Shown here in pieces: positions 28,726 through 38,869 of a stretch of 64,000 bases of DNA. Origin of the DNA: Candidatus Poriferisocius sp. GTDB taxonomy: Bacteria > Actinomycetota > Acidimicrobiia > Acidimicrobiales > Bin134. Every line of letters begins with the position of its first letter. Within the stretch, counting starts at the first letter, position 1. Both the position numbers and the translations under genes were made by a program. Under the pieces are notes generated by a model. That model was not told the DNA's origin. It saw only the letters and a program-made list of their open reading frames with translations, and did not search any database. Location of the stretch: the NCBI RefSeq assembly GCF_965204015.1, contig NZ_OZ241965.1:53782-117781 (forward strand). The letters are read 5' to 3'.

Positions 28726-29828
28726 GCGTCGATTACGGCCAGGCGGTGATCGGTGGTGGTCAGGTTGTCGGGGCCGTCGGTGGCGGCCACCACGATGTCC
28801 TCCAGGCGCAGACCCCATTTCCCGGGCAAGTAGATGCCGGGCTCAATGGAGAAGGCGTGGCCAGGACGCAATTCCTGGGTGTTGCCCTCCACGATGTAGG
28901 GGTCTTCGTGGGCCTCGGTGCCGATCCCGTGGCCGGTGCGGTGGATGAAGTAGTCGCCGTACCCGGCCTCGGCGATCATGGCCCTCCCCACCCGGTCGAC
29001 CGACTCGCAACTGTTTCCGACCACCGCGGCGGCCACTTGGGCCGCTTGAGCCTCGAACAACACGTCGTAGGCCTCGACCAGATCAGCAGGCGGTTCGCCC
29101 AAATGCACACACCGGGTGATGTCAGAGCAATAGCCCACTCCGTTGGCATCCATCATCGTCCCCCCGATGTCACACAACACGACTTCTCCGGGTTTGATCA
29201 CCCTCTCCCCGGCCTCGTGGTGGGGGCTGGCCGCGTTCTCCCCCGCAGCCACGATGGCGAAGTTCACCCGTTGATGACCCTCGGCCAGCAGTCGACGACC
29301 GAGCTCAGCCGATAACTCGGCCTCGGTCTTGCCGACCAGCTCAATGTTCCCTGATCGGAGGTCGACCGCAACCCGGTCGGCGGCGGCGGCCGCGGCCCGC
29401 AGCGACTCAACCTCGGCGGCATCTTTGACCTGTCGAATCGGACTGGTCAGCTCCGATGCCCGGCGGAACTCCACCGATGGCAGCACCCTCATCAGATCTA
29501 CCAGGAACCCGGCCCAGGTATGGTCGCCGATGGCCGCCACCGATGCCGGCCCGATGAGCGAGCGGGCTAGTTCGATGGGGTCTTCGGTCTCATCCCACGC
29601 TACGACTTTGAACACATCGGGCCGCTCCACCACCCGGGGGGCCTCCAGCCGGGGGACGATCAGCCGGGCATCGCCGTCGCGGGGCACCACCAGCATGGTC
29701 AGCCGCTCCATAGGCATGGCCTCGTAGCCGCAGAAGTAGGGCAGATCTGCCCCCACCGACAGCAACAGGACGTCCACCTGTTGTTCGGCCATGAGGCCCC
29801 GCACACGGTCGATTCGCTGACTGAACAT
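28722..29828 (-). CDS. Xaa-Pro dipeptidase / M24 aminopeptidase
   Basis: MFSQRIDRVRGLMAEQQVDVLLL creatinase-like N-domain, and M24 metal ligands in the context DIGG....GY.SD.TR, HRTGHGIG and EPG.Y. Confidence 0.85.
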   Translation of the reverse strand: MFSQRIDRVRGLMAEQQVDVLLLSVGADLPYFCGYEAMPMERLTMLVVPRDGDARLIVPRLEAPRVVERPDVFKVVAWDETEDPIELARSLIGPASVAAIGDHTWAGFLVDLMRVLPSVEFRRASELTSPIRQVKDAAEVESLRAAAAAADRVAVDLRSGNIELVGKTEAELSAELGRRLLAEGHQRVNFAIVAAGENAASPHHEAGERVIKPGEVVLCDIGGTMMDANGVGYCSDITRCVHLGEPPADLVEAYDVLFEAQAAQVAAAVVGNSCESVDRVGRAMIAEAGYGDYFIHRTGHGIGTEAHEDPYIVEGNTQELRPGHAFSIEPGIYLPGKWGLRLEDIVVAATDGPDNLTTTDHRLAVIDA

Positions 29829-29833
29829 CGAGG

Positions 29834-31501
29834 TCAACCTACTCTGACAGTCCCGGCGGGAGAAGCCAACGCCTGAGCGTGGGCCTCTTGGGCATGGTGC
29901 GAGCTGCGGGTAAGGGGGCTGGCCTCCACATGGGCGATGCCCAGCGAGCGGCCGATCTCCTGGAAGTGCTCGAATATGTCGGGCGGCACCCATCGGGCCA
30001 CGGGCAGATGATTGGTGGTGGGCCGCAGGTACTGGCCGACGGTCACGATGTCAGTGCCCACCGCGGCCAGATCGGCCATGGTCTGGGCCACCTCGTCGTC
30101 GGTCTCCCCCAGTCCCGCGATGATCGACGACTTGGTGGTCAGCCCGGCAGCCTTGGCTCGGGCCAGCACGGCCAGGCTGCGGGCATAGCCGGCCGAGGGT
30201 CGCACCACCCGTTGGAGCCGGGCCACCGTCTCGATGTTGTGGTTCAACACGTCGGGTCGAGCGTCGAAGACCACGGCCAACGCATCGGGGTCGCCCTTGC
30301 AGTCGGGAATGAGCACCTCAACCCGCACTCCGGGAGTGCGTCGGCGGATGGCGGCCACCGTGGCCGCGAACCCGGCTGCCCCTCCGTCGGGCAGGTCGTC
30401 GCGGGCCACTGCGGTGATCACCGCATACTCCAATCCCATGGCCTCAACGGCGTCGGCCACTCGCTCGGGTTCAGCCGGGTCTAGGGGCTCGGGACGTCGG
30501 GTGTCCACCAGGCAAAACCCGCAGGCCCGGGTGCAGCGCTCGCCGTTGATCATGAAGGTGGCGGTGCCGTCGTTCCAGCACTCGTAGATGTTGGGGCAGC
30601 CGGCCTCCTCGCACACCGTCACCAAATCCCGGCTGTGCAGCACCGACCGCAGCCGCCGGAACTCGGGACCGGTGCGCAGTGGCACCCGCATCCACTCCGG
30701 CTTGCGCCCGTTGATGGCCAGCCCATCAGACAGCCCGGCCTCGTCCATCCGGGATTTCAGTCGAACGAGCCGGCCGGGTACATCACCCGGACCCATGCCC
30801 CGACTGAATGGGCTCAAGTCCTCGGGCCGCTGCCGCCACGCCACATCGGCCCGGTCCACTCCCCCGTCGCCCCAGCGGTCGGCGGCCCGAGCAGATACCG
30901 CATCCACCACATGTTTCATGGTCGCCCGACGCCCCTCTACGGCCAGCGAGGTCACCGCCTTGTCGGGGATGCCGCAGGGCACGATGCGCCTGAACCAGTC
31001 CAAGTCGCAGTCCACGTTCAGGGCAAAGCCGTGCATGGACCGAGTGCGGCTGAGGCGCACACCGATGGCCGCGATCTTGCGGGGGTTGTCGCCGTCGGGG
31101 TCAACCCACACACCGGGATAGTCGTCGAGGCGGCCGCAACCAGCCAGGCCCAGATCATCCAGCGTGTCGATCACCAGCTGTTCCACCGAGCGCACGTAGG
31201 CCACCGTGTCGGCCATCCCACCGCCCCGCTTGCCGGGCACGGTCAACACCGGATAGCCGACGAGCTGGCCTGGTCCGTGGTAGGTGACATCGCCGCCCCG
31301 GTCGGTGTACACCACCTCGGCGCCTACCTCAGCAGGGTCCACCAGGATGTTGGCCTCGTCGCCCCGCAGCCCCAGGGTGAACACATGAGGATGCTCCAGC
31401 AGCAGCAGGTAGTCGCTCCCCCGGTCGAACATGGCCTGTTGGCAGGCGTGGGCGTCCCGGTAGGACACGCGCCCCAGCCATCGAATGCGGAGCGGGCTCA
31501 T
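29834..31501 (-). CDS. fused octanoyltransferase LipB / lipoyl synthase LipA
   Basis: Single 555-aa ORF. The N-terminal ~215 aa carry the LipB pattern (LLLLEHPHVFTLG.RG...NIL....TDRGGDVTYHGPGQLVGYP). From RKPEWMRV onward it is LipA, with both Cys clusters (CEEAGCPNIYEC and CTRACGFC). Confidence 0.85.
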   Translation of the reverse strand: MSPLRIRWLGRVSYRDAHACQQAMFDRGSDYLLLLEHPHVFTLGLRGDEANILVDPAEVGAEVVYTDRGGDVTYHGPGQLVGYPVLTVPGKRGGGMADTVAYVRSVEQLVIDTLDDLGLAGCGRLDDYPGVWVDPDGDNPRKIAAIGVRLSRTRSMHGFALNVDCDLDWFRRIVPCGIPDKAVTSLAVEGRRATMKHVVDAVSARAADRWGDGGVDRADVAWRQRPEDLSPFSRGMGPGDVPGRLVRLKSRMDEAGLSDGLAINGRKPEWMRVPLRTGPEFRRLRSVLHSRDLVTVCEEAGCPNIYECWNDGTATFMINGERCTRACGFCLVDTRRPEPLDPAEPERVADAVEAMGLEYAVITAVARDDLPDGGAAGFAATVAAIRRRTPGVRVEVLIPDCKGDPDALAVVFDARPDVLNHNIETVARLQRVVRPSAGYARSLAVLARAKAAGLTTKSSIIAGLGETDDEVAQTMADLAAVGTDIVTVGQYLRPTTNHLPVARWVPPDIFEHFQEIGRSLGIAHVEASPLTRSSHHAQEAHAQALASPAGTVRVG

Positions 31502-31508
31502 CGAACCC

Positions 31509-32801
31509 TCATGGCATTTCGACGTTCCAGTCTCGGGTCTCGATGATCGACCGCACGTGGTCTAGAAATGCCGCCACGTAGGCCCCGTCGAACGCCCGAT
31601 GGTCCCAGGCCAGGGCGAGCACGCCCACCGAGTGGATGGCGATGGCCTCGCTGCCGTCGGCTGCGGTGATCACTACCGGGCGGCGGCGTATCCCGTCGGT
31701 GGACAAGATGGCCACCTGGGGCTGGTTGATGATGGGGAACTGCATCATGGTGCCCCACTGGCCGGGGTTGGTGATGGTGAACGTGCCCCCGGAGATCTCA
31801 TCGGCGTTCAATTTCTTGGCCCGGGCCCGCCTCGACAGATCGGCCACCTCCTCGGCAATCGCCGTCAGGCGCTTGCGGTCGGCGTCGACCACCACTGGGG
31901 CCAACAGACCCTGGAAGTCGAGGTCGACGGCGACGGCCAGGTTGACGTAATTGTGAACCACCAGCTCGTTGTCGCCCACCGAGGCGTTGATGTGGGGATA
32001 CTCGTGGATGGCGTCGCACACCGCCCGAGCGATGAACGGCAGGTAGGTGAGGCTGAAACCGTGTTCGGCCTTGAACTCCTCCCGGTGGGCCCGGCGCACC
32101 TGCTCCACCCCTTCGAAATCCACTTCCACCGCGGTCAGCACATGGGGTGACACCTGCTTGGAGCGCACCATGTGCTCCCCGGTGATGCGGCGGATGTTGC
32201 TGAGCGGAACGACGGTGTCTCGTCCGGCTGCTCGAGATAGCGCGGCCAGCGGCGCGGCCGGCGCGGGCCGGGGGCTGGCAGTGCGGTTCTGGGCGATGTA
32301 GGTCTCGACGTCGGAGCGGGTGATGCGGCCGCCCTTGCCCGTGCCGGAAATCTGCGAGGGGTCCAGCCCATTCTCGGCTATGAGCCTCCGAACAACCGGC
32401 GACAAGACGATGCTGCTGCCGCTCGAGGCCGGGGCTGGGTCGGCGGCGGCTGGGGCGCTCGACTGGGGCTCGGGCGCGGCCGTCGGCGCAGGTGGCGGCT
32501 CTGGCTCCGGGGGCGGCGCTTCAACCGGGGCGGGCGCGGGGGCGGGCGCAGCACCGACGCCAACCCCGTCCTCGCTCAAGACGGCGATAACCGCCCCTAC
32601 CTCCACGGTGTCGCCCTCGGCGGCCACGATCTCCGTAAGAACCCCGGACATGGGCGACGGGACCTCGGAATCCACCTTGTCGGTGGACACCTCGAAAAGC
32701 GGCTCGTCTTCGGCCACCTCGTCGCCCACCTGCTTGAACCACTGGACAATGGTGCCTTCCATCACCGTCTCGCCCAGCTGCGGCATTCTGACCTCAGACA
32801 T
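31509..32801 (-). CDS. sucB: dihydrolipoamide acyltransferase, E2 component of a 2-oxoacid dehydrogenase
   Basis: Lipoyl domain (EVSTDKVDSEVPSP), Ala/Pro linker, E3-binding domain (LSPVVRRLIAENGLD) and catalytic DHRAFDG. Confidence 0.9.
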   Translation of the reverse strand: MSEVRMPQLGETVMEGTIVQWFKQVGDEVAEDEPLFEVSTDKVDSEVPSPMSGVLTEIVAAEGDTVEVGAVIAVLSEDGVGVGAAPAPAPAPVEAPPPEPEPPPAPTAAPEPQSSAPAAADPAPASSGSSIVLSPVVRRLIAENGLDPSQISGTGKGGRITRSDVETYIAQNRTASPRPAPAAPLAALSRAAGRDTVVPLSNIRRITGEHMVRSKQVSPHVLTAVEVDFEGVEQVRRAHREEFKAEHGFSLTYLPFIARAVCDAIHEYPHINASVGDNELVVHNYVNLAVAVDLDFQGLLAPVVVDADRKRLTAIAEEVADLSRRARAKKLNADEISGGTFTITNPGQWGTMMQFPIINQPQVAILSTDGIRRRPVVITAADGSEAIAIHSVGVLALAWDHRAFDGAYVAAFLDHVRSIIETRDWNVEMP

Positions 32802-32834
32802 CGATTCTCCTAATTCCGCTCAGTCAAATTCCGC

Positions 32835-34232
32835 TCAGTGAAGGGCCCGGCCGGTGAGCGACAACACCGTCTCACCGAACAGCTCGCTCATCGTGGGATG
32901 GGGCTGGATGAACTCGGCCACCTCGGGTACCGTGGCCTCCCAATTCACCGCCAGATACCCCTGGCCGAGCTGCTCGGTCACCCACGGACCCACCATGTGG
33001 ACCCCGAGAATGCGTCCAGCCGTCCCATCGTCGCAACGGTCGGCGATCACCTTGACCAGCCCGTCGGTGTCCCCCACGATCATGGCCCGTCCGTTGCCGA
33101 TGAACCGGTGCATCGAAGTCACCGCTTCGAACCCGGCCTCTTTTGCCGATGCCTCGGTGTGACCGACGAAGGCTACTTCGGGGTGGCAATAGATGGCCCA
33201 GGGAACATTGGCGTAGTCCATTGGCGAGGGGGACTCCCCCAGCAAGTGCTTCACCACCATGATTGCCTCGGCAAACGCCACATGGGCCAGCTGCGGGGTG
33301 TTCACCACATCGCCCACCGCGTACACCCCCGCGGCAGAGGTTTGGCAGTATTCGTCGACGACCACGTAGCCCCCGTCGTCCACCTTCACCCCGGCGTCGT
33401 CGAGTCCCAGACCTTCGGTGAACGGACGGCGGCCCACGCACACCACTACTGCGTCGACACTCAGAGGGTCGGCGCCGTCGATCTCCAGTTCCACTCCAAT
33501 GTCCGTGGTGCGACAGCCGCTCACCGCTACGCCGGTTCGAATCTCAATCTTGCGCTTCTTGAACGCCCGGGTCAGCATCTTGACCACGTCGTTGTCGGCC
33601 CCCACGAGTATTCGGGGAAGCGCCTCCAGCACGGTCACTTCCGACCCTAGATCGGCCAGCATCGAGGCGAACTCCAAGCCGATGGCCCCCCCGCCGATGA
33701 TCGCCGCCCGCCCGGGCAACTCGGTAATGGACAGCAGCTCGTCGCTGGTCAGCACCCGCTCGCCGTCGACCTCGAATCCGGGCAAAGTCCGGGGCACCGA
33801 CCCGGTGGCCAGAATCACATGGTCGGCGGTCAGCGTCGCATCGCCCGATTCCCCGCCCGCCACGGTCACCGTCCGGTCGGGCCCGAGCGAGCCCCACCCG
33901 TCGAGCACCGTGACCTTGCGGCCCTCGAGCAGCATGCCCACTCCCTTGTGGAGTTGATCCACGATCTTCTGTTTGCGGCCTTGGGCCGCCGCCATGTCCA
34001 CCGTCGGCGAACCTGAGGTGATGCCGAACTGATCGGCGTGGGCCACGGTGCGGTACACCGACGCCGTTTCCAGCAGCTCTTTGGCCGGGATGCAGCCCAC
34101 ATGCAGGCAGGTCCCGCCCAGCTTCTGCTTCTCCACCAGAGCCACGTCGAGACCGGCGGCGGCGCCGTACAGCGCGGCTGCGTAACCGCCGGGGCCACCG
34201 CCGACTACCACCACGTCATGGCTGTTGCTCAT
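32835..34232 (-). CDS. lpdA: dihydrolipoyl dehydrogenase (E3)
   Basis: VVVVGGGPGGYAAA FAD motif and the redox disulfide GGTCLHVGCIPAK. Confidence 0.95.
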   Translation of the reverse strand: MSNSHDVVVVGGGPGGYAAALYGAAAGLDVALVEKQKLGGTCLHVGCIPAKELLETASVYRTVAHADQFGITSGSPTVDMAAAQGRKQKIVDQLHKGVGMLLEGRKVTVLDGWGSLGPDRTVTVAGGESGDATLTADHVILATGSVPRTLPGFEVDGERVLTSDELLSITELPGRAAIIGGGAIGLEFASMLADLGSEVTVLEALPRILVGADNDVVKMLTRAFKKRKIEIRTGVAVSGCRTTDIGVELEIDGADPLSVDAVVVCVGRRPFTEGLGLDDAGVKVDDGGYVVVDEYCQTSAAGVYAVGDVVNTPQLAHVAFAEAIMVVKHLLGESPSPMDYANVPWAIYCHPEVAFVGHTEASAKEAGFEAVTSMHRFIGNGRAMIVGDTDGLVKVIADRCDDGTAGRILGVHMVGPWVTEQLGQGYLAVNWEATVPEVAEFIQPHPTMSELFGETVLSLTGRALH

Positions 34233-34371
34233 GGCATTCAGCCTATAGGCGAGTTGGTCAACGCAGGATGAGCACCGCCTGAACGGCGAAGGCCACCAAG
34301 ATGGCCACCCCGCACAGCAAGGCCAAAAGAATCAACCGGCGTGTGCTCACAGTGTCATCAGCGGTAGGGCA

Positions 34372-34677
34372 TCAGCGAGTGCGTCGGCGGCTCCGACGGC
34401 CCATGTACCAGCCCACAATCTCGGTGCAGACCACGCTCAGGACAATGGTGATCAAAAGCAGCAGGAACAGCGGCAGGTCCCAGTCCCATCCCAAGAAGTT
34501 GACCCGGGTTTCATCGGTGTTCTGGGCAATGAAGACGATCAACGCCACCGCGGCCAGCACGCCCAACACCATCCGGGCGTTGATCTGCCGGAGCACATCG
34601 GTGAACGACCGGGATTTCGGCTCTGCCTCTGCAGTGCCCTGTTGATCGTAGAGAGGTCTCGATTCGGGCTCAGACAT
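34372..34677 (-). CDS. LapA-domain (DUF1049) small membrane protein
   Basis: 101 aa with two TM helices flanking RVNFLGWDWDLPLFLLL and a basic C-terminal tail. Confidence 0.65.
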   Translation of the reverse strand: MSEPESRPLYDQQGTAEAEPKSRSFTDVLRQINARMVLGVLAAVALIVFIAQNTDETRVNFLGWDWDLPLFLLLLITIVLSVVCTEIVGWYMGRRSRRRTR

Positions 34678-34747
34678 GGCATCACGCTACTCGCGCCGTG
34701 AGGCCTAAGGCAGCGTGACGGAGCCGAACTGACCGTACACTGGCCTC

Positions 34748-35644
34748 ATGAGAGTGGCTGTTGCCGGAGCATCGGGGCTGATCGGGACGGCGCTGGTAAG
34801 CCACCTTGAGTCTTGCGGCCACCAAGTGGTCCGGCTGGTACGCGATCGGGCATCTCGCACCGACGGAGCCCGATACTGGAACCCGGCCATCGGCGAAATC
34901 GACGACGATGCTCTTGACGGCATCGACGGGGTGGTGAACCTGGCCGGCGCGGGTATCGGCGACCGCCGCTGGAACGAGCGCCGCAAGCAGGAGCTGCGTC
35001 TCAGCCGGGTGGACGCCACCGAGTTGTTGGTCGAAGCTATGGGCGCGGCCGCTCCTCCCCCCGCGGTGCTGGTGGCCGGCTCCGCAGTCGGCTTCTACGG
35101 CGACCGGGAAGACGAGGTGGTCAACGAGCAGTCGGGGCCCGGCACAGGGTTCCTGGCCACCCTGACCGCAGACTGGGAGGCTGCCGCTCTCGGGGCTGAG
35201 GGCGCCGGTATCCGGGTGGCCCTGACCCGCACCGGGCTGGTGGTGGCCGACAACGCTCCCTTCCTCACCCGAATGCTGCCCCTGTTCAAGCTGGGCTTGG
35301 GCGGGCCGCTGGGAAACGGTCAGCAGTGGTGGCCGTGGATTGCCCTGGAAGACGAGGTGAGGGCGTTGGCCTTCTTGCTGGAGTCCGACATCGCTGGACC
35401 GGTGAACCTGTGCGCTCCCAATCCAGTCACCAACAAAGAGTTCACCCGGGCGCTGGCCTCGGTGCTGCGCCGTCCCGCGGCTCTCCCGGTCCCTCGATTC
35501 GGTCCCCGGCTGCTGCTGGGTCGGGAGTTGGCCGACGGCCTCCTGTTCTCCAGCACCCGGGCCCGTCCCGCGGCGCTAACCGATGCGGGCTTCGAGTTCC
35601 GCCACCCTGACCTGCGGGGGGCGCTGGAAGAGATTCTGCGCTGA
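34748..35644 (+). CDS. TIGR01777/YfcH-type NAD-dependent epimerase family protein (DUF1731 C-terminus)
   Basis: MRVAVAGASGLIGTALV Rossmann start and a family-typical C-terminus (RPAALTDAGFEFRHPDL). Confidence 0.85.
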   Translation: MRVAVAGASGLIGTALVSHLESCGHQVVRLVRDRASRTDGARYWNPAIGEIDDDALDGIDGVVNLAGAGIGDRRWNERRKQELRLSRVDATELLVEAMGAAAPPPAVLVAGSAVGFYGDREDEVVNEQSGPGTGFLATLTADWEAAALGAEGAGIRVALTRTGLVVADNAPFLTRMLPLFKLGLGGPLGNGQQWWPWIALEDEVRALAFLLESDIAGPVNLCAPNPVTNKEFTRALASVLRRPAALPVPRFGPRLLLGRELADGLLFSSTRARPAALTDAGFEFRHPDLRGALEEILR

Positions 35645-35655
35645 TCGAAACCAGG

Positions 35656-36114
35656 TCAGAACAACGACTGCTCTTCGACCACGTCCTGAGTGTCGGCCGC
35701 CTCGGTGGCGAGGCGGTCGGCCTCGTCGTTCCAGCGGTTGCCGGAGTGGCCCTTCACCCAGTGGAAGGCGATGGAGCGGGCCTGAACCTGCTCGATGATC
35801 TGCTTCCAGAGATCCTGGTTCGCCACCGGCTTCTTGTCGGCGGTGCGCCAGCTTCGGCGGATCCACCCCTCCCACCATCGGTCTTTGAAGCAATTGACCA
35901 CGTAGGTGGAGTCGCAGTAAATGTCCAGCGGCCCGTCCAGCGACCGCAGTGCCTCCAGCACCCCCATGAGCTCCATGCGGTTGTTGGTTGTCTGCGGGGC
36001 ACCGCCCGCCCCCGACGGCCCATCGGGCACCACCCAACCCCATCCGCCCGGTCCGGGGTTCCCCCGACAGGCGCCGTCGGTGTACACCACAGTGGGTTTT
36101 CCAGCAGCAGGCAT
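35656..36114 (-). CDS. rnhA: ribonuclease HI
   Basis: VVYTDGACRGNPGPGGWG...TNNRMEL....AL...D(S)TYV...W.....W......V.N.DLW....W.KGHSG...NDEADRLA. ATG 36114 is preferred over the ORF-track 36153. Confidence 0.9.
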   Translation of the reverse strand: MPAAGKPTVVYTDGACRGNPGPGGWGWVVPDGPSGAGGAPQTTNNRMELMGVLEALRSLDGPLDIYCDSTYVVNCFKDRWWEGWIRRSWRTADKKPVANQDLWKQIIEQVQARSIAFHWVKGHSGNRWNDEADRLATEAADTQDVVEEQSLF

Positions 36115-36159
36115 CTGCTCATGCTGGCATGACCGCTTCAGAATTGAAAGCATTGGACC

Positions 36160-38856
36160 GTGGCCGTGAATTTCTCACACCAACTACCCGATACTGATCC
36201 CGACGAGACCCAGGAGTGGCTCGACAGCCTCGATGCAGTGGTCAGCGCCTCGGGCGGACAGCGCAGTCGATATCTCCTGCGCCGCCTCCTCGACCGAGCC
36301 GACGAGTTGGGCGTGGGCCTCTCCGGCACGGTGCAGACGCCCTATGTGAACACCATCCCCACCGCCGACCAGCCGTTCTTCCCCGGCGACGAGAACATCG
36401 AGCGCCGGATCCGGGCCTTCATCCGGTGGAACGCCGCCGTCATGGTGGTCAAGGCCAACAAGCGGGCCGACGGCATCGGCGGCCACCTGTCCACCTTCGC
36501 CTCGTCGGCCGCGCTGTACGAGGTGGGGTTCAACCATTTCTTCCGGGGCAAAGAAGACGGCTTGCCCGGCGACGCCATCTACATCCAGGGCCACGCCGCG
36601 CCGGGCATCTACGCCCGGGCCTACCTGGAAGACCGCCTGACCGAGGAGCAGCTCGACAACTTCCGGATGGAGATCGGCGGCAGCGGGCTGTCGAGCTACC
36701 CCCATCCCCGGCTCATGCCCGACTTCTGGGAGTACCCCTCGGTGTCAATGGGGTTGGGGCCGATCAACTCCATCTACCACGCCCGCTTCTACCGCTACCT
36801 GCACGACCGCCGCATCGAAGACACCAGCGATTCCAAGGTGTGGTGTTTTGTGGGCGACGGCGAGTGCGACGAGCCCGAGACGCTGGGGTCGATATCGCTG
36901 GCCGGCCGGGCCAAGCTGGGCAACCTCATCTGGGTGGTGAACTGCAACCTCCAGCGCCTCGACGGGCCGGTGCGGGGCAACGGCAAGATCATCCAAGAGC
37001 TGGAGGGCAACTTCCGGGGCTCGGGCTGGAACGTCATCAAGGTGATCTGGGGCTCCCGCTGGGACGAGCTGCTGGCCGCCGACGTCGACGGCGTGCTGCT
37101 GGAGAAGATGATGTCGACGGTGGACGGGGAGTACCAGCGCTACGCCACCGAGACCGGCGCCTACATCCGGGAGAACTTCTTCGGGCCCGATCCCCGACTG
37201 CGCAAGATGGCGGCCCACCTGAGCGACCGCCAGCTCCAAGACCTGCCCCGGGGCGGCCATGACTACCTGAAGCTGTACGCCGCCTACAAGGCCGCCGTGG
37301 AGGCCACCGACCGCCCCACCGTGATCCTGGCCAAGACCATCAAAGGCTGGACGCTGGGCGAGGGCCTGGAGGCCCGCAACGCCACCCATCAGATCAAGAA
37401 GATGACCACCGCCCAGCTCATGGATCTGCGGTCCCGGCTCCGCTTGGAAGACGAGATCTCCGCCGAGGCCCTTGAGGACGACGCCAACCCGCCGTACTAC
37501 AAGCCGCCGCCCGACTCTCCCGAGCACCAGTACCTGCTGGCCCGCCGCAAGGAGCTGGATGGCCCCCTCCCCATCCGGGTGGTGAACATCCGCCGGCCCA
37601 TCAAACTGCCCGACGACAAGCTGTTCACCGACTACGACGAGGGATCCAGCGGGCGCGAGGTGTCCACCACCATGGTGTTCACCCAGATGCTGCGCAACAT
37701 GATGCGAGACGAGGACTTCGGGGCCCGCGTCGTGCCCATCGTCCCCGACGAAGCCCGCACCTTCGGCATGGACTCACTCTTTCGAGAGTTCAAGATCTAC
37801 GCCTCCCAGGGCCAGCTCTATGAGCCGGTGGACCACGACCTGCTCCTCTCCTACGCCGAGGGCCAGGACGGCCAGCTCTTGGAGGAGGGCATCACCGAGG
37901 CGGGTTCTTTGGCCTCGTGGACGGCAGCGGCCACCAGCTACGCCACCATGGGCGTGCCGATGGTGCCGTTCTACTCCTTCTATTCCATGTTCGGGTTTCA
38001 GCGGGTGGGTGATCTGATCTGGTCGGCGGCCGACTCCCGGGCCCGAGGGTTCTTGATGGGGGCCACTGCGGGGCGCACCACGCTGCTGGGCGAGGGATTG
38101 CAGCACCAAGACGGGCACAGCCACCTGCTGGCCTCCACCGTGCCGGCCTGCTGCGCCTACGACCCGGCATTCGCCTACGAGCTCGGGGCCATCGTGCGCT
38201 CCGGGCTGCACCGGATGTACGGGAATGGCGGCGGTGAGGACGTCTTTTACTACATCACCATCTACAACGAGAACTACCGCCAACCCCGCCGGGCCGACTT
38301 CATCAGCGACGAGCACATCCTGTCGGGGTTGTACCAGTGGAACCACCCGCTGGACGGCACCGAGCAGCAGGCCTCGATCATCTTCTCCGGAACCGCCCAC
38401 CAGGCCGCCCGCGATGCCCAGGCCGAGTTGGCGGAGCGCTACGGGATCGGTGTGGACCTGTTCAGCGCCCCCTCCTTCAAGGCAGCTCGGGAGGAGGCCC
38501 TGGAAGTCGAGCGTTGGAACCGCCTTCACCCCGACGAGGAGCCCCAGGTGCCCATAGTCACCCAGCGGTTGGGCGGGGGCCGCGGGCCGGTGGTGGCGGT
38601 CACCGATTACATGACCCTGGTGCCCGACCAGATCTCCCGCTGGGTACCCCGCCGATTCGTCCCGCTGGGCACCGACGGCTTCGGCCGCTCCGACACCCGC
38701 GAGTCACTGCGCCGGTTCTTCGAAACCGACGCCGACAGCGTGATTTCCACCGTTCTAAGCGCCTTGGCGGCTGACGGCGACCTCGACCCCGCGGTAGCCG
38801 AAGACGCCATCGCCCGCTACAACCTCAAAAGCCCCCACTTCGACCCCACCGGGTAG
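36160..38856 (+). CDS. aceE: pyruvate dehydrogenase E1 component, homodimeric type
   Basis: 898 aa. DPDETQEWLDSLDAV N-terminus and ThDP-binding region (GDGECDEPE...NLIWVVNCNLQRLDGPVRGN). Confidence 0.95.
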   Translation: MAVNFSHQLPDTDPDETQEWLDSLDAVVSASGGQRSRYLLRRLLDRADELGVGLSGTVQTPYVNTIPTADQPFFPGDENIERRIRAFIRWNAAVMVVKANKRADGIGGHLSTFASSAALYEVGFNHFFRGKEDGLPGDAIYIQGHAAPGIYARAYLEDRLTEEQLDNFRMEIGGSGLSSYPHPRLMPDFWEYPSVSMGLGPINSIYHARFYRYLHDRRIEDTSDSKVWCFVGDGECDEPETLGSISLAGRAKLGNLIWVVNCNLQRLDGPVRGNGKIIQELEGNFRGSGWNVIKVIWGSRWDELLAADVDGVLLEKMMSTVDGEYQRYATETGAYIRENFFGPDPRLRKMAAHLSDRQLQDLPRGGHDYLKLYAAYKAAVEATDRPTVILAKTIKGWTLGEGLEARNATHQIKKMTTAQLMDLRSRLRLEDEISAEALEDDANPPYYKPPPDSPEHQYLLARRKELDGPLPIRVVNIRRPIKLPDDKLFTDYDEGSSGREVSTTMVFTQMLRNMMRDEDFGARVVPIVPDEARTFGMDSLFREFKIYASQGQLYEPVDHDLLLSYAEGQDGQLLEEGITEAGSLASWTAAATSYATMGVPMVPFYSFYSMFGFQRVGDLIWSAADSRARGFLMGATAGRTTLLGEGLQHQDGHSHLLASTVPACCAYDPAFAYELGAIVRSGLHRMYGNGGGEDVFYYITIYNENYRQPRRADFISDEHILSGLYQWNHPLDGTEQQASIIFSGTAHQAARDAQAELAERYGIGVDLFSAPSFKAAREEALEVERWNRLHPDEEPQVPIVTQRLGGGRGPVVAVTDYMTLVPDQISRWVPRRFVPLGTDGFGRSDTRESLRRFFETDADSVISTVLSALAADGDLDPAVAEDAIARYNLKSPHFDPTG

Positions 38857-38869
38857 TGAGGATGCCGAC

